In this document: piece after piece, positions 7,266 to 16,856 of the stretch | Layout: the number at the start of each line of letters is the position of its first letter | Position numbering within the stretch: position 1 is the first letter of the stretch | From: a virus | Reading direction: 5' to 3' (one strand) | Length of the DNA: 64,000 nt | Virus record (IMG/VR): IMGVR_UViG_3300045988_092303 | The notes under the pieces: generated by a model | Databases searched by the model: none | Seen by the model: only the letters and a program-made list of their open reading frames with translations | Told to the model about the DNA's origin: nothing | Program-made: the position numbers and the translations under genes

Positions 7266-7562
7266 ATGGAAAAGTATAGAAAAAAGCCAGTTGTCGTAGA
7301 AGCGTTTCGGTATGACGGCGATCTGATTTACTCAAATGGTGAATGGTACTGCCCAGACTGGGCTAGAGATGCATTCCAGAATGGAACCATGTATTTTGAT
7401 TCTCTGGACTGCGAGGAACCGCCGGTAGAGCTGTTCATTGACACGCTGGAAGGTAAACACCATGTTTCTGTTGGAGATTTTATTATCCGTGGCGTTCATG
7501 GTGAACTTTATCCGTGCAAACCGGATATTTTCGCAAAGACATATGAGCTTGTAGAAGAGTAA
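7266..7562 (+). CDS. conserved phage protein of unknown function
   Basis: MEKYRKKPVVVEAFRY...GDFIIRGVHGELYPCKPDIFAKTYE resembles a widespread small phage protein family. Confidence 0.55.
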   Translation: MEKYRKKPVVVEAFRYDGDLIYSNGEWYCPDWARDAFQNGTMYFDSLDCEEPPVELFIDTLEGKHHVSVGDFIIRGVHGELYPCKPDIFAKTYELVEE

Positions 7563-7580
7563 ATTGGTGGAGGTATAAAA

Positions 7581-7985
7581 ATGTTTACATTAGGACAATG
7601 GATTGTTTTAGGAGTTTTATTATTAACAGGAATTGCTGTTGGTATACTTCTTTTTCTGGCCTGCGATAGCAAAACGGCAGGAATTGTAACTATTATCGGT
7701 ACTGTGGTAATTGTTGGAGCGTTGGCATTTGGAATGAACTGGTACAATACATCAACTGCCAGTGGAATAAGAGGACTGAAAGACTTTAAGTCTGAACTGA
7801 CAAACGGAATTGAACGGGAGATTACGATAACCGCAGAGGATGGACGGGAAATCTTTCACTATCAAGGAAAAGTTGATGTAGAAAGCGATCATACCGACAA
7901 TTACATTAAATTTGAGAGCGAAGAAGGAAAACGGTACTTGATCTATTATGGTATTCAGGACACTATAACGATTATTGAAAAATGA
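7581..7985 (+). CDS. membrane protein
   Basis: Two N-terminal hydrophobic helices followed by a soluble domain; GGAGG RBS. Confidence 0.5.
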   Translation: MFTLGQWIVLGVLLLTGIAVGILLFLACDSKTAGIVTIIGTVVIVGALAFGMNWYNTSTASGIRGLKDFKSELTNGIEREITITAEDGREIFHYQGKVDVESDHTDNYIKFESEEGKRYLIYYGIQDTITIIEK

Positions 7986-8000
7986 AATGGGAGATAAGTG

Positions 8001-8264
8001 ATGAAAAACTTAGAAAATTGGAAAGAAGTAACAAAAGGACTATACAGGTATGTAATTGGTGCAAATGTAGCATATGAAATCCATGTGCTGTTTTGGGATC
8101 ATGCAACGGATATTAAGACGGCAAAATCCAGTTTGTTTTTAGTAGGTGAATGGAGAACAAAAGCTGGCAAAAATACAACGGAGCGTGAATGTTTACTTTC
8201 TGAACAGCCGTTATTTGAATGTCTTGCAAAAGCTTTTGAAGATAATGAAGAAAACAATCAATAA
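8001..8264 (+). CDS. hypothetical protein
   Basis: 87-aa ORF with GGGAG RBS. Confidence 0.4.
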   Translation: MKNLENWKEVTKGLYRYVIGANVAYEIHVLFWDHATDIKTAKSSLFLVGEWRTKAGKNTTERECLLSEQPLFECLAKAFEDNEENNQ

Positions 8265-8301
8265 GTAATTATTACCTGCTGCAAAAAAAGGGGGAATTAT
8301 T

Positions 8302-8526
8302 TTGCAAATTGTTTTAATTACATCATCAATCTGTATTTTGTTTATTTTTTGTTACTGGATCTTTGATAGAATCATTACCGCAAAAAGACTAAAAGAGAAT
8401 CAGATTGCTTGGGATGAATATAGCCGAAACATGAGTAAATCCGAAAAAGACGCTTGCTACCTTGAATGGTGCAATGAACGCAAAATGCAAATGGGATGGA
8501 GTGCTTTTTATTTTCCACAAAAATAA
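8302..8526 (+). CDS. small membrane protein
   Basis: TTG start after GGGGG RBS; N-terminal TM helix (IVLITSSICILFIFCYWIF). Confidence 0.4.
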   Translation: MQIVLITSSICILFIFCYWIFDRIITAKRLKENQIAWDEYSRNMSKSEKDACYLEWCNERKMQMGWSAFYFPQK

Positions 8527-8593
8527 AAATGTGATTAAAACAATTATCGGCTGATAAAAGATGTGACAACGGTTAGTTAAAAAGGAGACAAGC

Positions 8594-8773
8594 ATGCTTA
8601 CTAAATTTAATCGTTTTGCTATTTTTCCCAAAATGTGCAACTCATGTCATGGATACATATTTCTGGAAAGATATCGTAGAGCAGATGTTTTTCATCATTT
8701 TGCAGATGTTCCTAATGGGCATCCGTTTTGGAAAGAAAATATTTGCCAGGAATGTATAAAAAAGTATAGTTGA
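8594..8773 (+). CDS. zinc-ribbon protein, 59 aa
   Basis: Below the track cutoff; AAAGGAG RBS; CNSC...CQEC cysteine pairs. Confidence 0.4.
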   Translation: MLTKFNRFAIFPKMCNSCHGYIFLERYRRADVFHHFADVPNGHPFWKENICQECIKKYS

Positions 8774-8845
8774 AACAATTACCGACTGAATATTGATTCA
8801 GCCGCTAACCTAGAAAAATTATAGGCAGAGGTCTTACAAGCACCT

Positions 8846-10654
8846 TTGCTTTTTGAAAGTGGAGGTGCTTTTCTATTGGCATCTGAAAATCTGAAACAAA
8901 CAATCCAAGGATACGAAAATTATATACAGTCGCATGGCATAGATGAGACGGTCATTGAGGCATACGTAGAAGCCTGTTCCGTGGCTATAAATAATGAAAA
9001 GGATACAGAATACGGCTTGCAACTCACAAAGCGGTCTAAGGAGCTTATAGAGCGTTACTGCATGGATCAGACCGGTGGGACGATCTGGGATCTGGAAAAA
9101 TATGCACAGGACAGCAGCAGTTCTTTCCAGCTAATCAACCAATATTATGAGATTTTAAAGCTTGAAACTTTTTGGAGCTTTGAAAGTTTCATGTACTACA
9201 TGGAGAAGAAGAGACCATACGGGAAGCGTTTTTATTATCCCAGAAGGAAATCACTTGGAATTGTAATAAAAGATCTGGAAGATCTGGAAAATAGAGTTAT
9301 TAAATTCTATGGGCTTTCAATGCCGTCTCGTGTCGGTAAATCTACAATTTGTATATTTTTTCTTGCGTGGATAGCTTTAAGGCGTCCAAATAGCCATTCA
9401 GCTATGGGCGGACATTCTGGAATACTGGCAAAGGGATTCTATAAAGAGTTAATGAATCTTTTCACCACAGAAGAATATACCTTTGCGGAGCTGTTTGCAT
9501 TTTGGCATCCAGAATATGCAAAAAGAGCATTACCCACAGACAAAAGTGCGGATGAATTTACGATTACGCTTGGCGACCCGGATAGATTTGCGACCGTTAC
9601 TTGTCGTGGTATTGATGGTACTTGGACTGGTGCAGTTGACGTATCAAAAGACGGGTATCTGTATGTGGATGACCTTGTAAGGGATCGTGAACATTCATTA
9701 AGTCCTATGCGAATGGAAAACACATTTCAAGAATACCTAAACAAGATGGTAGACCGTAAAAATGATGGTGCTAGGGAGCTTATGGTCGGTACTCTTTGGA
9801 ATGTTCTTGACCCTCTTGAAAGATTAAGAAAACAGTATGATGGAAACCCGGAATATAGATTTAGACGTATACCGGCGCTTAACGATAACGATGAAAGTAA
9901 TTTTGACTATGAAATAAATGGATTTTCAACAGCATATTACCGTGATATGCGTGAGCGCCTTGATAAAGCGGAATGGGAAGCTAAATTTATGCAACGACCG
10001 TTTGTACGAGAAGGACTTCTTTTCCCAACGGATGAGCTGCGGTACTTCAACGGCATTCTTCCGGATGGTGATTTCAGAAGAATCGGTGTTACGGACATTG
10101 CGTGGGGCGGAGGGGACAGTTTGTCAATGCCTATCGGAGCTGAATATGAAAACGGAGATGTCTACATTTACGACTGGGTGTTTAACGGAGGTCCGAAAGA
10201 AGTTACGGTTCCGCTAGTTGTCGGAAGAATCGTAGGAAATGAGATTAGGCAGACGCGTTTTGAAGGAAATGTCGGTGGCGATCTTTATTGTCAGTATGTT
10301 GACGAAAAATTACAAGACATTGGCTATAAATGTTCTTGCACAAGCAAAAAAGCTCCAAATAAAGTTGAAAAGTTAGCAAAAATCATTGCTTATTCTGGAG
10401 ACGTAAAGAGAAAATTTATTTTTTTGGAAAGCAAAAGGCCTACGCAGGAAGAACTGCAACGAGATGCAGATCTTGGAATTGTAAGATACCGAAGGAATGA
10501 TGAGTACCAGAAAGCAATGGACGAGCTGACTATGTTTGTAAGCATTGGTGGCAATGATCATGACGACGCGGCAGATGCATTAACACAGCTTGAAATGTTT
10601 ATTGAAAATCCGCTTGCGATCAGAAAAGCAACAATTATGTCAAGCCCGATTTAA
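8846..10654 (+). CDS. terL: terminase large subunit
   Basis: Walker A-like SMPSRVGKST, DD-type Walker B (YLYVDDLV), C-terminal nuclease-like region (HDDAADALTQ). True start may be TTG 8876 after GGAGGTG. Confidence 0.85.
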   Translation: MLFESGGAFLLASENLKQTIQGYENYIQSHGIDETVIEAYVEACSVAINNEKDTEYGLQLTKRSKELIERYCMDQTGGTIWDLEKYAQDSSSSFQLINQYYEILKLETFWSFESFMYYMEKKRPYGKRFYYPRRKSLGIVIKDLEDLENRVIKFYGLSMPSRVGKSTICIFFLAWIALRRPNSHSAMGGHSGILAKGFYKELMNLFTTEEYTFAELFAFWHPEYAKRALPTDKSADEFTITLGDPDRFATVTCRGIDGTWTGAVDVSKDGYLYVDDLVRDREHSLSPMRMENTFQEYLNKMVDRKNDGARELMVGTLWNVLDPLERLRKQYDGNPEYRFRRIPALNDNDESNFDYEINGFSTAYYRDMRERLDKAEWEAKFMQRPFVREGLLFPTDELRYFNGILPDGDFRRIGVTDIAWGGGDSLSMPIGAEYENGDVYIYDWVFNGGPKEVTVPLVVGRIVGNEIRQTRFEGNVGGDLYCQYVDEKLQDIGYKCSCTSKKAPNKVEKLAKIIAYSGDVKRKFIFLESKRPTQEELQRDADLGIVRYRRNDEYQKAMDELTMFVSIGGNDHDDAADALTQLEMFIENPLAIRKATIMSSPI

Positions 10655-10670
10655 GTATGGAGGAAAGTTA

Positions 10671-11087
10671 ATGGAAACAAAAAAATACCTTGGCCAGATC
10701 AAAAGATATGACTGTATGATTGCAAATAAAATCGAGGAGATCAAGAATCTCCGTGCAACACTTTATGGAATGCCGTCACTCTCCGGCGGAGAACGTGTGC
10801 AGACATCCGGCACAAAGGACATTGTTGGCAGCGGAGCACCTAAGATTGCTGATATGGAGTCAGAAGTGCGTACTCTCTCACGGAAAAGAGAAGAGATTGT
10901 TCGACAAATTGAGAAAATCCCGGATACGGACATGTATGATGTACTGGCAAAGCGGTTCGTGCTGGACAAAGATTTTAAGGTAATCAGCGTAGAAATCAAA
11001 AAATCAAAGCGTCAGACGTTTTTCATTTACGATAATGCTATTGATATGTTTGAAAAAATGTTTGGATACCTGTACATGGGAGACTAA
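10671..11087 (+). CDS. sigma-70 region-4-like / DUF1492-like phage transcriptional regulator
   Basis: ATG 10671 after GGAGGAAAG. YLGQIKRYDCMIANKIEEIKNL and a C-terminal HTH-like segment (MYDVLAKRFVLDKDFKVISVEI). Confidence 0.4.
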   Translation: METKKYLGQIKRYDCMIANKIEEIKNLRATLYGMPSLSGGERVQTSGTKDIVGSGAPKIADMESEVRTLSRKREEIVRQIEKIPDTDMYDVLAKRFVLDKDFKVISVEIKKSKRQTFFIYDNAIDMFEKMFGYLYMGD

Positions 11088-11195
11088 CCGCACAAAAATG
11101 CACTAAATAGCATAAAAACGTGTATTTTCTTTGAAAAATAAGTAGTATACAATATGATTGTAAAGTTTTAAGAAACTTTTCTCCCATCGGTAAGA

Positions 11196-11232
11196 GAGAG
11201 CATTGCTGGAAACGGCAGTGCTCTTTTCTTTT
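11196..11232 (+). terminator. intrinsic terminator/attenuator upstream of the Com-like and portal genes
   Basis: GAGCATTGC (11198-11206) / GCAGTGCTC (11215-11223) stem plus TTTTCTTTT; preceded by TTGAAA-16-TATGAT at 11131-11158. Confidence 0.55.
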
Positions 11233-11250
11233 GCAGAAATGAGGAAAATT

Positions 11251-11448
11251 ATGGAATACAAGCCAAAAACAATATATTGTCCACGGTGCGGCAGGAAAGT
11301 TGCTACATGGGACGGACGTTCTTCTATGCCGGTGATCGGCAGGTGTAAGAAATGTAATAAACGAGTTGTCTATTACGTTGACAACGATGAAACAGAAATT
11401 AAGAACATGCCGGGAAGAAATTGCTCTTCCGGAGTCACGTATTTGTAG
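11251..11448 (+). CDS. Com-like zinc-finger protein
   Basis: IYCPRCGRKVATW...GRCKKCNKRVVYYV resembles Mu Com-type CxxC...CxxC zinc fingers. Confidence 0.5.
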   Translation: MEYKPKTIYCPRCGRKVATWDGRSSMPVIGRCKKCNKRVVYYVDNDETEIKNMPGRNCSSGVTYL

Positions 11449-11457
11449 AGGTGTGAG

Positions 11458-13002
11458 ATGGCAAATCCGGGAAGAAAAATAATATGGACTGATGAACCAG
11501 AAATTACATATGAAAATGTTATTGATGTTCTCCGGGATGCAATTCTTGTCCATACTGCGAACGCACAAAGAATCCAGTTCCTTTTAGATTATGACGGTGG
11601 AGATCAGCCGATCATACGAAAAAAGCCAAAAACATACAGACCGGACATAGACTGCCGGTGCAATGATAATGTTGCGCATCAGGTTTCTAACTTTTGGACT
11701 GGATTTGGTTGGGGAAATGCTATAACGCTTGTCCAGAATGGAGACGGGAAAGATCAATACGTATCGGATGGCATTTCTGAGCTTAACAAGCAATACGATC
11801 TGGTGAAAATCCGGGCGAAAACACAGGAGCTTGGACGCTTTGTTGAAATCGGTGCATTGTGTTACATCTATGTTGATACAAATATGAATTGGATGGAAGG
11901 AAAAAGCTATTTTACGCTTGATATCCTAGATCCCAGAACCTCTTTTGTAATCAGATCAAATTATTATCCTGATAAACGTGTAATGCTCGGGGTCACTTAT
12001 CGTTGCGATAAAAGAGGAATTAAGCATTATACCTGCTTCACACCGGATGCTCGTTATGAAATCTCAGAATGGGAACATGCAGAACGAAGCGGAGAGTTAA
12101 ATCCGCTTGGTATGATACCGATTGTTGAATACATCAGATCGTATGATCGCATGGGTGTGTGGGAGCATCAGATTTCGGAGATGGACAATCTGAATTTGCT
12201 CATTTCAGATTTCTCAAATGATGTTGAGCAGAACACGCAGGCTGTATGGCACGCAAACGATGTTGATTTTCCTGTTAAGCAGGAAGTCATCGAAGAAAAA
12301 GACGGAACAAAGAAGTCTGTGGAGGAAGTTGTAAAACCAAAGTCTGGAGAATGGCTTAGTACATTCACTTCCCCTGACGGAAAGACTCCGTTTGTTAAGG
12401 CTCTGTCGATTGATTATGACTACGACGGAATGCTGAATGCAATACAATATCGCAGGAATAAAATTCTGGAAAAATGCAACGTTCCCCTCACAAGTGACAA
12501 TGCATCAAACATCACAGGAGTGGCAGCGAGCAATGCTTCCGGATGGGATCATGCGGAAGCGGCAGCATCAAAGCAGCAGATGATCACAGAAAGTTGCAAA
12601 CTGGAAGAAGTTGAAGTTGTTCTTGCGGCAATAGCAAACAATCCAAACCTTCCAGCTGACAGCCCGTTAAAGAAAATCACTCCGGCAGACATTGAAGTTA
12701 ATGTGAAACGTCAAAAACTGTATGAGCTGTCAACGAAAGTAAACAGTGCTGTAACACTTATAAAAGCTGGATTTGATGGAGGAAAGGTATTAAATGCCAT
12801 TCCGATTTTTGACGATCCTAATGAAGTGTGGGATGCCAGCAAAGAAACGGTGAAAAAAATCCAAAACAGCGGAATCTCTCAAGACGCAATCACCGGAGAT
12901 GATATAGAACCGGAAAAACCAAATTCTGACAGGATAATGCAGGATTTATCAGATCAGGTTACAAACAGTCCACTGATTGATAAAAGCAGAGCTGAGAAAT
13001 AA
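11458..13002 (+). CDS. portal protein (SPP1 gp6-like)
   Basis: 514 aa, downstream of TerL, followed by a Mu-F-like gene; size and order typical. Confidence 0.8.
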   Translation: MANPGRKIIWTDEPEITYENVIDVLRDAILVHTANAQRIQFLLDYDGGDQPIIRKKPKTYRPDIDCRCNDNVAHQVSNFWTGFGWGNAITLVQNGDGKDQYVSDGISELNKQYDLVKIRAKTQELGRFVEIGALCYIYVDTNMNWMEGKSYFTLDILDPRTSFVIRSNYYPDKRVMLGVTYRCDKRGIKHYTCFTPDARYEISEWEHAERSGELNPLGMIPIVEYIRSYDRMGVWEHQISEMDNLNLLISDFSNDVEQNTQAVWHANDVDFPVKQEVIEEKDGTKKSVEEVVKPKSGEWLSTFTSPDGKTPFVKALSIDYDYDGMLNAIQYRRNKILEKCNVPLTSDNASNITGVAASNASGWDHAEAAASKQQMITESCKLEEVEVVLAAIANNPNLPADSPLKKITPADIEVNVKRQKLYELSTKVNSAVTLIKAGFDGGKVLNAIPIFDDPNEVWDASKETVKKIQNSGISQDAITGDDIEPEKPNSDRIMQDLSDQVTNSPLIDKSRAEK

Positions 13003-13625
13003 TGGAACATGAATTTGACGAACTGAATAATCCAAAGAGCAGAGCAATTCCATATGAGCAGTATTTTGGGGAGATGGAACTGACGGAAGAACAGAAAGAA
13101 GAGAGGATAAAAGCATCTAAACGTATTGAAGATATGATGCTTTTTCTTTTTTCTTTACTTTCAGTCATGAAAGAATATTCCTACGAAAATTTAGAATTTG
13201 TTGTTTCGCAAGTAAAAAATCAGTATTCCGATGTTTTGTCCGTAAGCATGGAAATGGATGAATACTTAAATGGGTACGTGAATGATTTTTCCGAGCAGAT
13301 CGTAGAAACAACACAAAATCATATGGATGATGAATGGTATCTTTCAGATGACCGGGCAATGTTTGTTGCGGAGAATGAAGCAAATACGACGTTTAATTAC
13401 CTGGAATACAAAAAAGCTATTGAGTCCGGGAAGAAAAAGAAAAGGTGGATCACCATGCGTGACCGCCATGTAAGGAATACACACCAACTTGTTGAAGGAA
13501 AAACCATTGGAATCAATGATGTTTTCCTTGTTGGTGACAGTGAGATGTTTTATCCCAAAGACACAACATTCGGTGCGAGTGCACGTGAAATCGTGAATTG
13601 CAGATGCTCAATTAAATATTTTTGA
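13002..13625 (+). CDS. minor head / head morphogenesis protein (Mu F / SPP1 gp7-like)
   Basis: C-terminal RHVRNTH...EIVNCRCSIKYF is typical of the Mu-F family; follows portal. Confidence 0.75.
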   Translation: MEHEFDELNNPKSRAIPYEQYFGEMELTEEQKEERIKASKRIEDMMLFLFSLLSVMKEYSYENLEFVVSQVKNQYSDVLSVSMEMDEYLNGYVNDFSEQIVETTQNHMDDEWYLSDDRAMFVAENEANTTFNYLEYKKAIESGKKKKRWITMRDRHVRNTHQLVEGKTIGINDVFLVGDSEMFYPKDTTFGASAREIVNCRCSIKYF

Positions 13626-13629
13626 CACG

Positions 13630-13659
13630 AAACCGCTGATTCTTATTGGCGGTTTTTTA
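13630..13659 (+). terminator. intrinsic terminator
   Basis: AACCGC...GCGGTT hairpin followed by TTTTTT. Confidence 0.6.
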
Positions 13660-13739
13660 TATGCCCCAGAGAAGGGGCAGAAAAAATATCGCAAGAAGTT
13701 AGAGAAAACTTAAATCGCAGAAAGAAAGAGGTATGAATC

Positions 13740-14327
13740 ATGGCAGACACTAACACTACCACTACAACAACTAAGGCAGCTGAAACGCAGGTAAACACAG
13801 GGCAAGAGCCAACCACTACTCAGGAGAATGAAACAAAGACTCCAACTGTAGAAGAACTTATGGCGCAGCTGGCCAGCGAGAGGGCAGAGAAAGAGAAATA
13901 TAAAAATGCTTCTGACAAAGCAAGTTCCGAAGCTGCTCAGTACAAAAAACAGTTACGTTCCAAGCAGACGGCAGAGGAACAGGAAGCAGAAGCAAAAGCA
14001 GAAGCTGAACGCTTGCAGAACGAAAGGTATGAGAACGCAATTAAAGAGCTGAATCATATGAAAGCTGTATCTGCTTACAAGAATGTTTCTGAAAAATCTA
14101 TCGAAACCCTGATTGAAGCTGTTGCAGAGGGAGATCACAGTGCAATTGCCACAATTATTGACAACGAAGTAAAAGCGGCGGTCACTGCTGCAAAAGCGGA
14201 ATGGATGAAAACAAGACCGGCTGTAAATGCAGGAAAATATTCATCCATGACACGTGAGCAGATCATGGCAATTTCAGACAGAGATGAAAGATTAAAGGCT
14301 ATCGCTTTGAACCCAACTTTATTTTAG
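13740..14327 (+). CDS. scaffolding protein
   Basis: Thr-rich N-terminus then charged coiled coil (EQEAEAKAEAERLQ); immediately upstream of capsid. Confidence 0.65.
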   Translation: MADTNTTTTTTKAAETQVNTGQEPTTTQENETKTPTVEELMAQLASERAEKEKYKNASDKASSEAAQYKKQLRSKQTAEEQEAEAKAEAERLQNERYENAIKELNHMKAVSAYKNVSEKSIETLIEAVAEGDHSAIATIIDNEVKAAVTAAKAEWMKTRPAVNAGKYSSMTREQIMAISDRDERLKAIALNPTLF

Positions 14328-14339
14328 GAGGAATATTAA

Positions 14340-15440
14340 ATGGCAGCTGAAACAAATTTAATCAAAAGTGCAGACCTCGTAAAAGCCAGAGAGGTCGAGT
14401 TCACCTTTATGTTTGGTGAGAGTATTAAGAAGTTAATGGAGGCTCTGGGAGTAACCAGAATGATCCAGAAACAGGCTGGTATGGTGCTGAAAGCATACAA
14501 GGCCAGAGGAACACTGGAAGATGGAAATGTCGGTGAGGGTGAAACCATTCCGCTTTCCAAATACGAGACTTACCCGATTGTATTCGATGAGATCACTCTG
14601 AAAAAGTGGAGAAAAGCCACTTCCGCAGAGGCAATCATCGAAAAGGGATACAATCAGGCAGTTATCGAGACTACAGACGAGATGCTGAAAGACATCCAGA
14701 AGGGCATCAGAAGAGACTTCTTCACATTCCTTGAAAAAGGAACCGGAAGAGCAAACGGAACTGGCTTTCAGTCCACTCTTGCAAAGGCATGGGGACAGCT
14801 TGAGGTTCTGTTTGAGGATGATGAGATCGAGGCAGTATATTTCATGAATCCGCTGGATGTTGCTGATTATCTGGCAACCGCAAACATCACCCTGCAGAGT
14901 GCATTCGGTATGACTTACGTGGAGAACTTCCTTGGTCTTGGAACTGTGATCTTTAATAAATCCGTACCGACTGGAAAGATTTATGCAACTGCAAAGAAAA
15001 ATATCGTGATGTATTACATCCCAGTAAATGGCGCTGATCTGAACGAAGCATTTACGTTTACTTCCGATCAGACCGGCCTTATTGGAATCCATGAAAGTCC
15101 GGATTACAACAATATGACCGCTTCCGATACTGTTGTGTCTGGAATCGTACTGTTTGCTGAGAGAATTGACGGTATCGTTGTTGGCTCCATTGGAGGTTCT
15201 GGAAGCATCACGCTTTCCCTCGACAAAGAAACGGCAACCGTTCCGATCAATGGAAAAATTACCCTTAAAGCAACTGTAGCACCGGTTGGAACGGCAGTAA
15301 CATGGGAGAGTGACCAGCCAACTTATGCAACCGTTGAAAATGGTGTAGTAACCGGTAAGGCAGCAGGAACAGCAAACATCACGGCAAAAGCAGGTAGCCA
15401 GACCGCAACTTGCGCAGTAACCGTGAGCGCAGGAGCGTGA
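14340..15440 (+). CDS. major capsid protein with C-terminal Big_2 Ig-like domain
   Basis: Position after scaffold. C-terminal LSLDKETATVPINGKITLKATVAPVGTAVTWESDQPTYATVENGVVTGKAAGTANITAK is a Big_2-type repeat. Confidence 0.8.
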   Translation: MAAETNLIKSADLVKAREVEFTFMFGESIKKLMEALGVTRMIQKQAGMVLKAYKARGTLEDGNVGEGETIPLSKYETYPIVFDEITLKKWRKATSAEAIIEKGYNQAVIETTDEMLKDIQKGIRRDFFTFLEKGTGRANGTGFQSTLAKAWGQLEVLFEDDEIEAVYFMNPLDVADYLATANITLQSAFGMTYVENFLGLGTVIFNKSVPTGKIYATAKKNIVMYYIPVNGADLNEAFTFTSDQTGLIGIHESPDYNNMTASDTVVSGIVLFAERIDGIVVGSIGGSGSITLSLDKETATVPINGKITLKATVAPVGTAVTWESDQPTYATVENGVVTGKAAGTANITAKAGSQTATCAVTVSAGA

Positions 15441-15444
15441 TCGA

Positions 15445-15756
15445 ATGTATAAGGTAATCAGATTTTTCACTGATTTGCAAGACAATGATTATCCGTATAA
15501 CGAGGGAGATATCTTCCCTCGTGACGGATTATCCGTATCTAAAGAGAGATTGGTTGAGCTTTCCAGCACCAACAATAAGCAGAGAGAGCGTCTTATTGAG
15601 CTTGTCGTTGATGAAGGAAAGCTTACCAAAACAGAGATCAACCGGATGCCCGTATCCGATCTTCGGAAGATGGCATCTGACAGCGGAGTTGAAAATGCGG
15701 AAGCAATGACCGGCTCTGAATTAAAAACGTATCTCATTCACCTCATGGGTCTGTAG
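15445..15756 (+). CDS. Rho-N/SAP-like head-region protein
   Basis: C-terminal LTKTEINRMPVSDLRKMASDSGVENAEAMTGSELKTYL resembles a Rho N-terminal-like motif. Confidence 0.4.
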   Translation: MYKVIRFFTDLQDNDYPYNEGDIFPRDGLSVSKERLVELSSTNNKQRERLIELVVDEGKLTKTEINRMPVSDLRKMASDSGVENAEAMTGSELKTYLIHLMGL

Positions 15757-15767
15757 GGAGGTTCTAT

Positions 15768-16121
15768 ATGGCATACACAATGCTTGAGCAGGTGAAAATC
15801 CGGCTGAAACAATTTCATATTGATGATAAAGAATCCGTTGTGTTTGACCGTAAGGAAGAGAACCCTCTTATTGAGCAGTTAATTGAGCAGGCGAGGCAAG
15901 AAGTGATTATCAATAGGATGTACCCAGAAGATTATACGCAGGAACAGATAGATGATGATGTGAAGAAGTATGAGGGAGTCATAGTAAATCTAGCTGTGTA
16001 TGATCGCTCACAGGCAGGTGAGGCTTACATGGAATCTTATTCAGAGAATGGAGTAAGTAGGAGCTGGAAAGACCGTGACAGCCTCTTTTCCGGGGTATAT
16101 CCGATTGCCAAACTGCTATAA
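15768..16121 (+). CDS. head-tail connector (gp6/YqbG-like)
   Basis: Size, position and N-terminal LEQVKIRLKQFHIDD pattern. Confidence 0.5.
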   Translation: MAYTMLEQVKIRLKQFHIDDKESVVFDRKEENPLIEQLIEQARQEVIINRMYPEDYTQEQIDDDVKKYEGVIVNLAVYDRSQAGEAYMESYSENGVSRSWKDRDSLFSGVYPIAKLL

Positions 16122-16220
16122 CCTATCTGCCATGAGCAGAAAAGGAATCCGGTTTTTGCAAAGCATTTACCGGTTTTTGAAGATTGAGCGTTGCCGGAAG
16201 GCAGCAGGGGCGTGCTATAG

Positions 16221-16583
16221 GTGGTGGAGGGCAGCACGCAAAATTACAGTAGGAAGGCGGTATATGATGTGACGATACAGGTATCGGCAGCAATCATTAT
16301 AAGCGTGTTATCACTGAGTTTTTCCGTCTTTATGGGTCTGAAAAGTGATAAGCGGACAGACACAAAGGATATTGAGGAACGTGTAAAAGAAAATACACGC
16401 ATTAACATGAAACTGGATGCAATATCGAATAACACAACTGAAATCAAAAACGAGGTTTCCGAGATGAGGAAAGAAATCAATTCCCATGATGGAAGAATCG
16501 TTAAGGTTGAGGAAAGTGTAAAGTCGGCGCATCACAGGTTGGACGGCTTGGAAGAGCGTCTTAATGAGCATAAGGAGGCTTAG
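16221..16583 (+). CDS. xhlA: XhlA-like membrane/coiled-coil lysis-associated protein
   Basis: One TM helix then coiled coil with EVSEMRKEINSHDGRIVKVEESVKSAHHRLDGLEERL. Start uncertain (GTG 16221 or 16269). Confidence 0.45.
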   Translation: MVEGSTQNYSRKAVYDVTIQVSAAIIISVLSLSFSVFMGLKSDKRTDTKDIEERVKENTRINMKLDAISNNTTEIKNEVSEMRKEINSHDGRIVKVEESVKSAHHRLDGLEERLNEHKEA

Positions 16584-16586
16584 ATT

Positions 16587-16856
16587 ATGGACATCACACA
16601 GATTGGCACATCTTTGGCAATCATCGTTATTTGCTATCTGATCGGTTTAGGAGCGAAGACCGTTCCGAGTATTAAAGATAATCTTATCCCGGTTATCGTC
16701 GGAGTGTCTGGCGGAATCCTTGGTGCAGTAGGAATGTATGTTATGCCGGAGTTTCCGGCAAGTGACATTATGACAGCAATTGCAGTTGGTATTGTGAGCG
16801 GTCTGGCCAGCACCGGAGTAAATCAGGTCTACAAACAGGTAAAGAAGGATGCTTGA
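16587..16856 (+). CDS. holin (Phage_holin_1-like)
   Basis: 89 aa, 2-3 TM helices, charged C-terminus (YKQVKKDA); sequence pattern IPVIVGVSGGILG...GIVSGLASTGVNQ. Confidence 0.7.
   Translation: MDITQIGTSLAIIVICYLIGLGAKTVPSIKDNLIPVIVGVSGGILGAVGMYVMPEFPASDIMTAIAVGIVSGLASTGVNQVYKQVKKDA

Noticed and set aside
14433-15485. 350-aa ORF antisense to the major capsid gene
   Set aside because: It lies fully within and opposite a well-supported capsid gene. It has no RBS, and its Cys/Ser-rich low-complexity translation is typical of a stop-poor antisense frame.
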